The translations under genes and the position numbers were made by a program. A DNA stretch of 64,000 nucleotides from Takakia lepidozioides. Its lineage: Eukaryota; Plantae; Bryophyta. Shown here in pieces: positions 37,528 to 50,135 of this stretch (position 1 is its first letter; each line of letters begins with the position of its first letter). Under the pieces are notes generated by a model. The model saw only the letters and a list, made by a program, of their open reading frames with translations. It did no database searches and was not told the DNA's origin. The DNA is taken from positions 13,826,001 to 13,890,000 of the forward strand of contig CM060733.1 in assembly GCA_030704615.1 (NCBI GenBank), given 5' to 3'.

Positions 37528-39680
37528 ATGGCAAGGTTGGATCAGGCGCAGTTATTTGTTGAGCATGAAATTGGGGGTTTTGCCTGGAGCCTCACCACAG
37601 CTTTTCAAAGACCCAGAGAGGGAGTCAACAAGCGGTTTTCTGGCATTGCTGGGTATGTGAGGAAACTATGTAAGGCAGGACGATTGAAAGAGGCGGTGCA
37701 CATTGTCAACCAAGGAGGCTTCCAGGTGGACTCAGTACCTACATCTGTCTCTTGCAGGAGTGCATGGACATGAAAGACCTAGCAGAGGGAAAGCAGGTGC
37801 ACAACCATATCATCCAAAGGGGATTCAAACCGGATATCTTTCTACTCAACACCCTCACCAACATGTATGCAAAGTGTAGGAGCATGATAGATGCGCGCCA
37901 AGTGCTTGACACAATGCCTGATCGAGATATGTTTACATGGAGTATAATGATAGCAGGATATGCCAAGCATGGGTGTGGTAGGGAGGCTCCAAAAACCTAT
38001 GAGCAAATGGAAGGGGAAGGGGTTATTCCCAATAGGGTCACATTCATTTGTGTTCTGAATGCTTGTGCCAGCCAAGGAGCTCTAGAAAGGAGGAATGAGG
38101 TCCATGCTCACATCATCAAATCTGGAATTGCATCATATATTAATTTGGAGAATGCCCTTGTGGTCATGTACACCAAATGCGGGAGCATAAGGGATGCACA
38201 GCAAGTTTTTGACAGTATGGCCCATAGAGATGTGGTCTCTCCGACAAAGATCACAGCATATGCTCAGCATGCGTGCGGTAGGGAGGCATTGAAGACTTAC
38301 GAGAAAATGCAAGGTGAAGGGGTAGCGCCCAACAGGGTTACTTTTATTTCTGTTCTAAATGCATGTGGCAGCCTAGGGGCCCTGGAAAAGGGTAAAGAAG
38401 ATCACCAAAGCTGGAATTGCATCAAATGTTAAGTTGGAAAATACCCTCATCGATATGTATGCCAAGTGTGGGAGCATGAAGGATGCACAGCAAGTGTTCA
38501 ACGGGATGGCTAACCAAAATGTGGTCTCATGGAATGCAATGATAGCAGGATACACTCAAGAGTGGTTGTGGTAGAGAAGCTTTTGAGATTTATGAACAAA
38601 TGCAACGGAAAGGTGTGGCACCTGACACAGTCACATTTACTGGCGTGCTCAATGTGAGTGCCAGCCTAGGAGCCCTTGGAACGATGAAAGAGGTCCATGC
38701 TGAGATCATGAAAACTGGAAGTGCATCAGTCATTTTAGAGACTGCCCTTGTCGTTGTGTATGCCAAATGTGGGAGCATGAATGATGCACATGAAGCATTT
38801 GATAATATGGTCACACGAGATGTGATCTCATGGAATGGCATGATCACAGGATATGCTCAACATGGGTGCTGCAAGGAGGCCCTTCAACTTTTTGAACAAA
38901 TGGTACAGAAAGGTGTCAAGCCAGACTGTATCACCTTCATATCCCTTCTCTCTGCATGTAGCATGTGGCCTCATGGATGAAGGCCTTCACTACTTTGATT
39001 CCATGGGTCTAGATCATGGCCTCACTGCTACAGTGGAGCATTATGGCTGTGCGGTGGACCTTCTTGGCCGGGCAGGACAATTGGATGAGGCTGAGAACTT
39101 GATTAATAAGATGCCAATTGTACCGGGTGTTCGGGTCTAGGGGTCCTTGCTTGGTGCCTGCAGGGTTCACAGTAATGTGGAGGTAGCAGAACGTGCCGCA
39201 AAGAGCTTTATCAAATGTCCATAGCAAGCTGCACCTTATGTGCTGCTATCAAATAATCTACACTGTGTTTAGAAGATGGCATGATAAAGAGGACACATAC
39301 GAAGAATGTAGGACAGGTGTTAGAAAGGAGGCAGGGCACAGCTGCATTGAAGTCAGCAATCAGGTGCATACCTTTATTCTGAAGACAAATTGCATCCACA
39401 AACTGGGGAAATCCAAACCAAGCTGAAGAGATTGTCTGGGCAGATGGAGTAACAAACTCTTTGTAATGCATGATTTAGAGGAGCAAAAGGCGCTCTCTGT
39501 GTACCACCACAATCAGAAGCTGCCCATTGCTTTTGGGCTTATCAGCACACCCCCTGGGGCATCTCTCCGCACTATCCAGAAACGTCAATTGTTCACACTG
39601 CCTCGGAATTTATTGCCAAGATTGATGGGCGCACATAATACCTTCCAAGATGGTATATGAATTTGTGGGGATTACCATTG
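37528..39680 (+). pseudogene. PLS-E-DYW PPR pseudogene, paralogue of 8333-11182
   Basis: Same motif series and homologous upstream sequence (ggagctttgagata...aagaggtttgag.catgcag.atggca); many frameshifts, an in-frame TAG near 39138, HSEK changed to HNQK, degenerate CGDYH terminus. Confidence 0.92.
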
Positions 39681-42600
39681 AATCCAGTAACGTGCATTAA
39701 GTGGTTTAGAAAGTTGTGCACCAAAAGGTTGAACCCGGGGGATCCCCAGAAGACTCAAAGAAAAAATCTTTGTAGTGGTCCGGGAACATCTTGCATTGCA
39801 CTCTATGTTGCCACTTTCCACATCAGGATGCTTTCAAATTGGCAGCTCTCTATATGGTATTCACCAGAGTTGTAAATGTCAGGGTTGATCTAGACCCACT
39901 TCGCCGACCCACCACCAGCTTAGTCTGTATGTGATTCTCTCCATATCTGAATCCTTGTCTGGGGTGATGGCAAACTGCACTGGCCCTCAGAGCACCTTCA
40001 CCAGAAAAGACATTTAAGGTGGCATGACGTTGGTGAACTATGAGTATCATGAGTATGTCTTGCAAATCCTGTACCAAACAATCTTAACAATCCCAACAAT
40101 CTCTTTCCTACCACCTGTGCAGGTCTCTTCCCTGTTCATTTATGTTCAGTAATCCATACGTACAAATAACTTGCCTTGAATGTGCTTTAGATAGGTCGTC
40201 TGCGCGCACAGCTTTGACCAGATCCAACAGAGCTTCTCTAGTTCAATTAACTTAACGAGACACCGTTTCCTGCGCTGACGATTGTAGGAGAAGAGCGCCA
40301 ACTTGTGCCCCTCATCATGCCATGCTCCTGTCGAAGAAAGGCGGGCAACACCATGATTGTTTGCGTGGCTGTGGTGGGCCAACAGGTGCCCTAAGAAGAC
40401 TTAGAGCCTACGGGTAAAGAAGTCCCAAATAAGTCTCATTCAAGCTCACACCTGACTTCTTTGGATTAATCTGTGCAGGCTCTCCTGCTTGATGTCTACA
40501 TGTTAGTGGTGGAGACTTGCCAGAACTAGTGCCTTTGGTAGATGCAGAGAGTGAAGGAGCAGATTTGTTGATGTTGCAGTCGTTCATTTTTGTTATGTAT
40601 ATGGAAGGGGCTATCTCCAAAACATTGGTTGCTATGCGAACATGTTTTACCAATGAAGATTTTAAATATGATGGTCTCAAGTCTCAACCGTTGAAATCCT
40701 CAAGAAGGAAGGTCTGTGCTCCAGTGCTTTTAATGGTTTAACAGAGAAGACATCCTTGGTTCTCATGTGGGGAAACCCGACCAAAGACAAGACTTGAGAG
40801 ATGATACATTTTATAGCTCCAACTGGTGAAATTTGGCAGAACCCTATATCATATGTCTGAGATGCTTCTGATAGATTGTCCAAGTTTACTTGGGGATCAA
40901 CTGGATTTGCTTGTGTACATATCTATCAGTGTACCGATGCAAACTTTCAACAAACAATCCTTCACCACTGCACATTCCCTCCGTAGTCAGTTCTTTGCAG
41001 CAGATCATGGAAGAGTAATCAAATGGGTCCGAGCCTTTTCCAACCCTTTGATGTTGTGCCAAGAGCGGATGCAAGCTAGCCTATACCAGTCCATATCTGG
41101 ATTTCCTGAACACTGACAAAGCTTCGCAGTCTCAAGAGGACAAACTTAAATGTGCAGCTTCCCTCTGGATCGGTGGATTGTAGATTGCATGGCAGGAAGA
41201 GGGAGGGTGGCCTGCTATGGCTGATGTGCAGCTATCCTCTCTGTTCTCTTGCCCTGCGACCTCTGCCATAGCGATTCTTGCAATTGGTTGCTGAATTGTT
41301 GGGTTTCTCATGTCCTGAAGTGAAGTCTTCCTAAATTGGGAATTGGGGCACCTTGAAGCGCGTGGCGTGGCATTCGTGATTTTGTGCGTGGAGGTCGAAG
41401 ATTGTCTATTGAAGCATTCAGGTTCAGTTTCATGCACAGTGTGGAACAGGACAGATGTATAAGGCTTTCAGCTTCCTATGTCTTACTGGGCACTTGTACA
41501 ACTCTGGAAATCTAGGCACCTTACGTGTGTGTGTAGAAGCATGTCTCTGCAAGCAATCAGGGTTCACTTTCCTGCACACTGGACGGGTATAGGATGGATT
41601 TAGTTTGGAAAAACCCAAACTGGCTGAGGACTTAGAGGGGAAAGCATAGAAGTGAAGCAGGACCTGGACTTGCCTTGGTCACTCTTGGATATTTGTGTCT
41701 GAAAGGCGTCTCACGCAATTGTGAAAGCGTAGCGGGGCAATAAGCTCGTACTTTGGAAGCTACATAAGGTGGATCGCGGCCCAGGGTTCATGTGAAATCG
41801 ACCTCAGAAGATTGTGAAGCAAGCTCCAATGTTGCCCGGTGCGGTTGCGTGCATTCGGTTGCAGTAGATTGCGGATGTGAACTTGGAGAAGGTCCTGGCT
41901 GGGTACCTTGTTTTGGCAGTTGTGGTAGGGCATTTCCAAACTTCTAAATAGAACTTCTTCCAGGGGGCAAATGTGTTTGCAGGACTAACTTGTCAGGGGA
42001 TCCCGCTGAAGCCTCTGTGTAGGTATATAGCATACTTCCAGATTCAGCATTTTAGATCAGACAGAACGGGAGAGAAGGTTACGACTCCCAACGCATCAAG
42101 TGGTCACCTTGGTTGCAACAGCTTTCTGAACTGACTTGTATTGTCGCCTTCCGTAGCTATCAATTCATCCACTTTTGTAAGAAGAGAGTACCCGTCTCCC
42201 CCGACTTGAAGTTGGCGGCAAATTCACAGAATCCTCCATCCCAAATGCAATTTTGGTTCTTTTTCATACTCCAAGGCAGGTTTAATAACGCGACAAAGCA
42301 TGGTTTTCTTGACCTCAGAGTTGATCCCTCTGCAGGTTTGTTTGCGAGTAGTATTATGTGTGATCTACACCCACTGTCAGGAGCTGATGAGGTCGCCAGG
42401 GAGTGGTGGAGGCTTGTACAATGACGAGGTTGATGGTTTGAGACTTTGTGATTGACAACACAATGTTAAGTCTGCAACTCTATGTTGGGCTAGTCTAGGT
42501 CTTAACTTGGACTGGTGCAAAATCTGTTTGAGTTTCTTGTTAAAGCCTGCATGGAGTTGGCACTCAGTACCTACCTAGATCACTTCTGTTAATGATGGGA

Positions 42601-43515
42601 CCTGAACCATTTGCTTTGGAAATTACCACTTTTGAGCCCCATTGCATTCACATAGAAAGCAAACCCCCCCCCCCAAAACCAATTTGGTATGAGGGTTTGG
42701 GATGCGGCAGTACAGTAGAATATGGCTGGGATTCTACCTGCAAGAAAAAATTATTTTATTTTATTTTATAAAAAAGGAAACCTGGGAGCGAGTGCTCACA
42801 ATTCAGGCCCTTGAGGAGGGGGAAAAATTAACCCCCTTTCAGATAAGCCATTAGGCACACAGGTGGGAAAAATCACCATCAGACCAACCGGTAAATTTTG
42901 CAACATTGATTGTTTGCTTTGGTCAAAGGTGACGTTTTCGTTTTTATTTTTATTTTGCTGAAAATGCACCTTGTTCAATTGTTATAATATCCCAAATAAA
43001 TCGGTGGAATCTCCCCAAATTTGGGGTGCTTGTGCATAGGGATGACTTCGTATGGTTCATCCATGTGGATGAAAGGGGGTTAGGCAGCTACAAGGTGACG
43101 GGTGAGGTTGGGCCCAGGTTTTGTCCAAAAGACAAAAACATGTCTACTCTCTTAGGGGTTAACATGTTCATGTTACGAAGATATTGGAACGACTAATATC
43201 TGCCATCAGTTTGACATACCAGCAATGATATCTCGAAAGGATTTGGAAATGACAATGAATGGTTTTTGAAGTAGGGCAGAATGGGATCTACATATTATAT
43301 GATATTATGTATATTGGGAGTTAGAAAATTCAAGGGTTTTCTTAATATGTATGATATTATGTATATATTGGGAATTAAGAAATTCAAGGGTTTTCTTTTT
43401 TCTTTTTGCTTTTTTAAGGGAAACCTGGAAACGACACCCCACAATTGGGGTCCTTCAGGAGGGGGAAAAACTAACCCCCTTTCAATCGACCATCAACGCC
43501 TATACATATCATCAT

Positions 43516-43700
43516 GACAACCAGCATGTAGCCCAGTGGTAGTTGGCACATACTATGTTGGATGTGGTTGTGGGTTCAAACCATGTTCTGGTGTGTCATT
43601 AAGGTGTCCACCTTTCAGCTGGAAGGCAGTAGCCCTTGTGGTGAAGTGACACCATAATTACGCTCCCTTCGAGAGGTGTCATATTTTTTATTTTTTATTT
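43516..43700 (+). mobile_element. tRNA-derived SINE-like element
   Basis: A box tagcccagtgg, B box ggttcaaacc, (tttta)n tail; homologous to 1101-1280. Confidence 0.72.
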
Positions 43701-43729
43701 ATCGTCACGAACAAATCCCAGACACAGGA

Positions 43730-43799
43730 CAGGGCAGCTGGTTTGAACCCCGAATCACCAGGGCGAAACATTGTGCACTTATCAGTTGAGCTACCAACC
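43730..43799 (-). mobile_element. second, different tRNA-like SINE head on the opposite strand
   Basis: Reverse complement reads ggtagctcaactg (A box)...ggggttcaaacc (B box); no complete cloverleaf evident. Confidence 0.5.
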
Positions 43800-43819
43800 A
43801 ATGCATTTTTCTTTCCTTA

Positions 43820-45022
43820 TCTTTCTTCTATTTAAACAGGGGAGTCAAAGTAATTCGTGTAGGACTCGTGAGAAAAGCTTTACAAGGCATCAGATTGCGG
43901 ACAATGCTTCTATTGTAGGACCACTAACTTGCTTTATATGTCAACATAATCATTTGAGCTAAATTGTTCTACCGTCCATTGTAGGTGTAGTATTATAATG
44001 TCACGATTTCAAGCTTTCAGATCAATATATAAGCCATTAAATTGGTTAGATCACGTATCAATTGTGGCTTTTTCTTCCCTTAGCTAGTGCCACCAAAACC
44101 CCAATGACTTCTTCATTTGGATTGCACTAGCTATAAAACTAGAATTAAACTATTGACAGTTGTCTAGTTGTAGCATTGTAATGTACAACAATACACTATA
44201 TAGTAACTGTTCACGCATCTCTGAATCACCCTAAACTGGGACTTGTTGTGCCTGCCACTTGTCCAGTCAACTCAAGAAATCCAGCTCGTTTTGGGCTTTT
44301 CGTAGATGTCTTCATAAGCATCGTAAGTCTTTTTCTCTTCTAATAGTAGCATAGTTAGAAAAATTTATGTTAATTACAAAGAAATCAATAAAAAATTTGG
44401 ATGATATAATTAAAACTAAAGCATATTATGTATATTACGAATTAAGAAATTCAAGATTTTTACTTTACTATTCTTTTCTATTTAAACAGGGGATTAGAAC
44501 TCATGAGAAAAACTCTTGAAATCAAAGATTTATTTACAACATGCATGATCATTATCTTTTTCGTTTGATCCTAATGAGACTTTGCATGTTTCCTGCTTTT
44601 TTTTTAATTGTATAGATTAAACTACCTTGTACATCATCTTTATCTGCAAATCAGATATAGATGGTGTGTCCAAGAATCAACAAAAGCAAATAATTTGTAT
44701 ACTCAACTAGGGGAAAATGATCATGTTGACTTTCAATATAAAACATGTTAGTGGTCCTAGTATCCGACAAAGCATTGTCCGCACAATTTGATACCTACTA
44801 ACAGTTGGCAACATTCACCAAGCTAAAATTGTTCCGCCGTGCATTGTATGTATTAGTATTATAATGGGATTTCAAGCTTGCATTAGAAGCCATTAAATCG
44901 ACTAGATCACCTAGCAATTTTGGCTTTTCTTCCCTTAGCCACTGCCACCAAAACCCCCAATGTCTTCCTCATTTGATTTTGCACTATAAAACTATAATTA
45001 AACTATTGACAGTTGTCTAGTT
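43820..45022 (+). repeat. diverged direct duplication upstream of the lectin gene (core 43957-44169 vs 44821-45022)
   Basis: agctaaa.ttgttc...aagccattaaat...tggcttttcttcccttagc...gccaccaaaacccc...aattaaactattgacagttgtctagtt occurs twice; ttctatttaaacagggga occurs twice. Confidence 0.85.
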
Positions 45023-45470
45023 ATGTCTAGTATATATATATATATAGGCCGAATTGCTGATTTTAACTCTCGTTTGGAATATAGACATTTTCTTATTTAT
45101 GTATATTTAGTGCATTGAGCTGATTATGCAATTGAACCAAGTTGGTCCATTAATAAAGAATGTTATAAGAATTTTACTAATTTTCGTCATTAAAAAATCT
45201 TATCTCACATTCATTTCTTCATGCCATTATTATTTACAACACATTATTCTATTATTATTATTTGTTAATAATATTTTGTAATAGTTTTAATCACATCAGG
45301 TAAAAAATGGAGCTACATGATTACACACGCAGTTAAATCTTCTTCCCAAAATACATACTTAATAGAGCTCTACAATTAGCAACAAGGAGCTTTACTTGTC
45401 AAATATCTTTATCTTTACATACCCCCAAGGTTTTGTGGATCATAGCAACATTTGTATTCAGACTTGCAAC

Positions 45471-45947
45471 ATGGTTATGACAAAATTTGTCAATTTCTCT
45501 CTAGTATTAGTTCTATTTTTCATATATCTAACTTATGTTGGAGCTGATGCAAATGGTGAATGCTGCATGGAGGCTGAAGGTCAACTAAATAGTGGCAACT
45601 TTCTCATTAGCTCAAATCAGCGGTATACGCTCTCGATGTTGGAGAACTGTGATGTACGACTGCAGAATATGGACGAACTAGGAAAACGGTTGTGGGATAG
45701 CGGCAATGGAGGTGTAGGCGTAAATTGTTATCTCACCCAACAAGATGATGGAAACTTGGTGGTTTACGATCAAAATAATCAACCTAAATGGGCTTCGAAC
45801 ACAGTAAATGCCGGAGACTGTGTTGGTGTTGGACGGTACTATCTGAGGTTGCAAGATGACGGAAACTTGGTACTTTATTGCATTCCTATAGTATTAGATA
45901 GCTTTCGTGGTTATCCTGTGTGGAGTACTGGTACAAATGGTCAGTAA
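45471..45947 (+). CDS. secreted GNA-related (bulb-type) mannose-binding lectin
   Basis: Hydrophobic signal peptide; two intact QxDxNxVxY sites (QDDGNLVVY, QDDGNLVLY) and one degenerate site (LENCDVRLQ); WASNT and VWSTGT motifs. Confidence 0.93.
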   Translation: MVMTKFVNFSLVLVLFFIYLTYVGADANGECCMEAEGQLNSGNFLISSNQRYTLSMLENCDVRLQNMDELGKRLWDSGNGGVGVNCYLTQQDDGNLVVYDQNNQPKWASNTVNAGDCVGVGRYYLRLQDDGNLVLYCIPIVLDSFRGYPVWSTGTNGQ

Positions 45948-46149
45948 ACCTCCAAGAAACTACATATGCATGACATTGGTTATCATACAAAAAAAAATTG
46001 TAAGGTTGTTCATAGAGGAGCTGAAGAGAGCCATTTTGGCATATTTACATATGTGTGAGAGGCTTGCACTTGTTCTTTAGTTTAATAAAATTTAACGTAT
46101 GGTTTGTGGTAGTTTATGGGTGATTTGGTGAGAAAATTTGTTTGAGCTA

Positions 46150-49100
46150 AATCACGTCAAGCCCAGATCAATAATAAAATGATTAGATTCAGTATTACTC
46201 AAGACTGTCAATGAATACAATGCTGATCTAACTTGTATACCAACTGATTGCTACAACTTCACATGATCCCAAAAGCTACAACCAAGCAATCTACTGCTCA
46301 TGTAAGCATATGCTGAGCAACTTCCAAGCTACCTGCAAATTATGTTAATCGCAGAGCAGTGAGAGAGTGTGTATGTGACAACATGACGACCAGACAATGT
46401 AGCCTAACTACCTTGTGGTTGGTTACAAGCGATTAGTGAGTAACTAGTTATTATGCCAAGAAACTGTCCAGATGTCGTGAGAAAATTGCATCCAAAACTC
46501 CCACTCTACAAATGGGGCAGTCTTCTTCAGCTGAAATCTCCACACACATCGACAATTTGATCCTCAGTATGAATGTATGTGACATGCATTTGGTCTTCCT
46601 TGTGCTTTTCACGAATGATATGAAAAACAACGTCAATATGTTTGGTCCTACGATGAAACACAAGATTCTTCACAAGATGAATGCATGATTGGTTGTCAAG
46701 GTAATTGTAGGCTTGAGTGGACCAAAAACAGCAGATGTTGCATTCCATGGAAGTGCATGACCAAATTTAAAGTTGACCATATTTCCCCAAATAATTCAAA
46801 TGATGATAGACAATGGTATATTCAATATTTTTAATAAAGGGTCTTATAATTTTTACTATAAATTTTAGTTTTTAATTTGAATAAAATTTGACATATCGAA
46901 AATTAGAATTTACATCCATTTGTCTATATACAACGAAGCCATTGTAGATTATTTTCTTGTATCATTTGTAGTAAAATATGACACCTTAAGATCAAAATCA
47001 GAGTACACCATGGACTTGGCAAAATAAACTACATTTTTGGGACATATATTAGTCTATAGGATCCAAATGGAGAGGGATTTTTGCCACTTCAAATCCATAT
47101 CTATGATGTGGACCAAAATGACTACTTTATGTCCAAGTTTCAATGGAATTGACCAATGGCACATAGGACTTCTTCAGTCCATTGTAATTCCATTCACTGC
47201 AGAAACAAGTCCACTGTATGATCTTCAAAAGTCTATAATTTTGTCATTTCTTATCAGATTCATGATTGGAGAGTTGTTATGGGTGCGTATTGAAGCTATA
47301 AATCCAATGACATATATAGTTCCTAGTTTTAATGAGTTAATTAAAAAAAAAAAATTGATGACACCATCAATTGCAGTCATCTAAAACTGTGCCAGGTAAC
47401 ATCCATTTTGGTCCAGTCATTCCTGCATTCACCCGTCACTCATCAGACTGGTTGGCTCGGACTGGGGATAACCAATGTTGCTCAGCAAACGATAAAGCCA
47501 GTGTGAAAGCAAGCTACGGTGGCTCAGAAAAGTCCTCATTTGTAGTCCTTAAGAAGTACACAACATTTTTTGGTAAAAGATCCATATCTTTCTTGGTGGT
47601 CCTTTGTAATAGGCAAATATACATTTCAATGAAAGGAGTTTATTTAATTCATTCATTTTTCTCCTATAGAACAATTTGAAAATTCACTATTGTTTAGAGT
47701 ATTTAAAAGTACATGAAATTTACATAATTAAATATTAATCCATTAGATTTGTCATTTTAGTCTCTTTAAGAAAAGTGTCTTTTTATAGTGAGTCATTTTT
47801 TTCATTTTGGTATGTACCATGAAAAAAAAAACCCCATAACGATAACATTTGTGTACTATTGCGTTTGGCCACGACTTTTTCAAAAGTCCAATACTTCCAA
47901 ATATTTATGAATTGACTGATGATGCTTTAAAGTGGGTAAGTATGTTATAGTATGAGTACACCTATATGAGAATGTAAAGAGTATGGGTCGATAGAGAGTA
48001 AGTATGTACTGCAAAAATGATGTTGTTACAGTTTTACTGAGCCACCCTAGCTTGTTTTCACCCGCCACACAATCTCATTGGTGGCAAGAGCTCCATCAAT
48101 ATATTCTGGACGATTCAGTTGTATTGCTAGATGTACAGGGTTGCTTTCGACTAGCCTAGGCAACCGATTAAGGAAGAGCTCCACTCCCGATCAAGACTTC
48201 CGGTCATCAATATCCGTAGTATAGTCACTATCACAGTAAGCCGTCAAGATGTGAGGAGAATCAGAGGCCCTATAAGTGAGAGCAATGTCGGTGGAAGACT
48301 TCACTCATCAAATTGGGTGATCTCAAAGTCTTCCACTGACATTGTTCTCACTCATCAAGTCTTCCACTGTCGCCACCGAGAGCAATGTCCTCATCAAGTC
48401 AAACTTGGCGACATGTGAGAAGGACTTTGTATAGTCAACTCTTGCACGTTGGTTGTATCCCTTAGCACAAAGTCTAGCTTGATATCGATCGATTTCACCA
48501 GCGGCATTGAGTTTCAACTTATAAACCTACTTACAGCTATACGTTTGCGGTCCTTGGGGAGTGGTTGTAATTCCCAAGAGCCGTTCTCCAAAGATACTCG
48601 TATTATTCGACCACTGTGCAGATTCATGACAATGTACAGTGTCAGTGTAACTTGCTGGCTCCTCCAGTAGCATAGGCTCTGCATGATTTGTCACCAAGCA
48701 TGCGTGGTTCGTCCTGGATAGTACCAGTCACCATATCTTGTTGGCGGATTGCACACTCTTGGTTCCAATGTTGAAACCAATTCTCCTTCATTAGGCTGAC
48801 CGCACCTGGGACGCACGTCACCGCCTGCTGGGTCTAACAATGGATCAGTTTATGGGAGACTGTGAACCACTAGCACTGCTGGGATGACCGCCTGACAGTT
48901 CTTGGATTTCTTGAGCGAACAATGGCTTTTCGTCCTCTTGCGCTGCTCCTGGCGCTACAACGTGGTGGGTATGGCTTCCACTGGCCCTGCACTCTCATTT
49001 TCACCAATGAGAAACGTTGCATGGCTTGCCACCCATGCATCGCAATCAAAGCTCGATATTGGGACGTCTTCTTCACTAAAAAGTATGTCACGACTTTCTT

Positions 49101-49640
49101 CAATGCAACACTTGTCATTTAATAGCCAAACCCTGTAGTTGCTTATATAGCTATATCGCATGAAAACGCTCTTCCAACTTTTTGCCTCCAGCTTCGTTCT
49201 CAGTTCTTTTGGCATATGCACGTGTGCATCGCAGCCGAACACTCTCATGTGAGCTATAGACGGCTTATCTCCTGTCCAAAGGGTGTCTTGTAAGGTACCG
49301 TATGAGTATGCGTATGGTTCAGAGTATATACGACAGTATGTGCAACTTCCCCCGAAAAATGTGGATGAACGTTGCTTGCGTGGATCATGCTTCGTACCAT
49401 TTCCACAATGGTCCTATTTTCCCGCTCATAGGCACCATTTTGTTCAAGTGTGTAAGTTGCTGGCATCTCATGCTTACAATCAATGTCTTCCAAAAATTGT
49501 TGGATAACATCTCCAGTGTACTCACCCACCCCTATCGGATCTCAACACCACAACTAACTGGCATGTCTCACGCAACATCCAACAAATATTTGTTGAAGTT
49601 GGTTAATGCCTGTGACTTCTTGGTTATACAATTATGCATT
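46150..49640 (-). mobile_element. Ty1/copia retrotransposon remnant interrupted by an AT-rich insertion (about 46750-48060)
   Basis: Integrase YTLEQNGAYERENRTIVEMVRSM and MRVFGCDAHVH; RT start RYQARLCAKGYNQ..VDY; RNase H AYCDSDY and DNQSCI..FHRRTKHIDV; PPT-like agagtgggag near 46500; boundaries approximate. Confidence 0.88.
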
Positions 49641-50135
49641 TCCGTCCAACGTTGGGCAATGCCCCCGAAGAGGCTCCTATTTCGCTAACTTTGAAGTTTG
49701 GTTGGCGTCAATCTCTATTTCTCTCTCTTTATAATGTCATCTAGTACTAACGGGGTGAATGGATCACAAAGATTGGATGGCCCCTCTTTTTAGTATTAAA
49801 GTATCACTAGAAGGAATCGTGTCTTTTCCGCCTTGACTGGGGTTGACTTGGTGTCGGAAACTCATAAGTGAACTTAAGGACTAGACAATCGCAAAAGACA
49901 AATTCATGCCACGGTGGCGGCATGGATCACACACATCATTGTATAAAAGACTCCGGGAATGATGTCAAATTTTTGGCGAATTTCATGGCATGAGTAAATA
50001 AAGTGAATATACATTGCAACAAATGGAAGTGGTTTTAAGTACTGAAGAACGACTCCAAACTTAACCAAATCTGCAATCCATTTAATTTCAGTTTTTTATA
50101 TTTATTAATAGGGGTGAATATATAGTTCTTTGTAC

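Noticed and set aside
39850-41620. Gene in the coding-like ORF fragments downstream of the PPR pseudogene
   Set aside because: No consistent frame, strand or recognisable motif; left unannotated.
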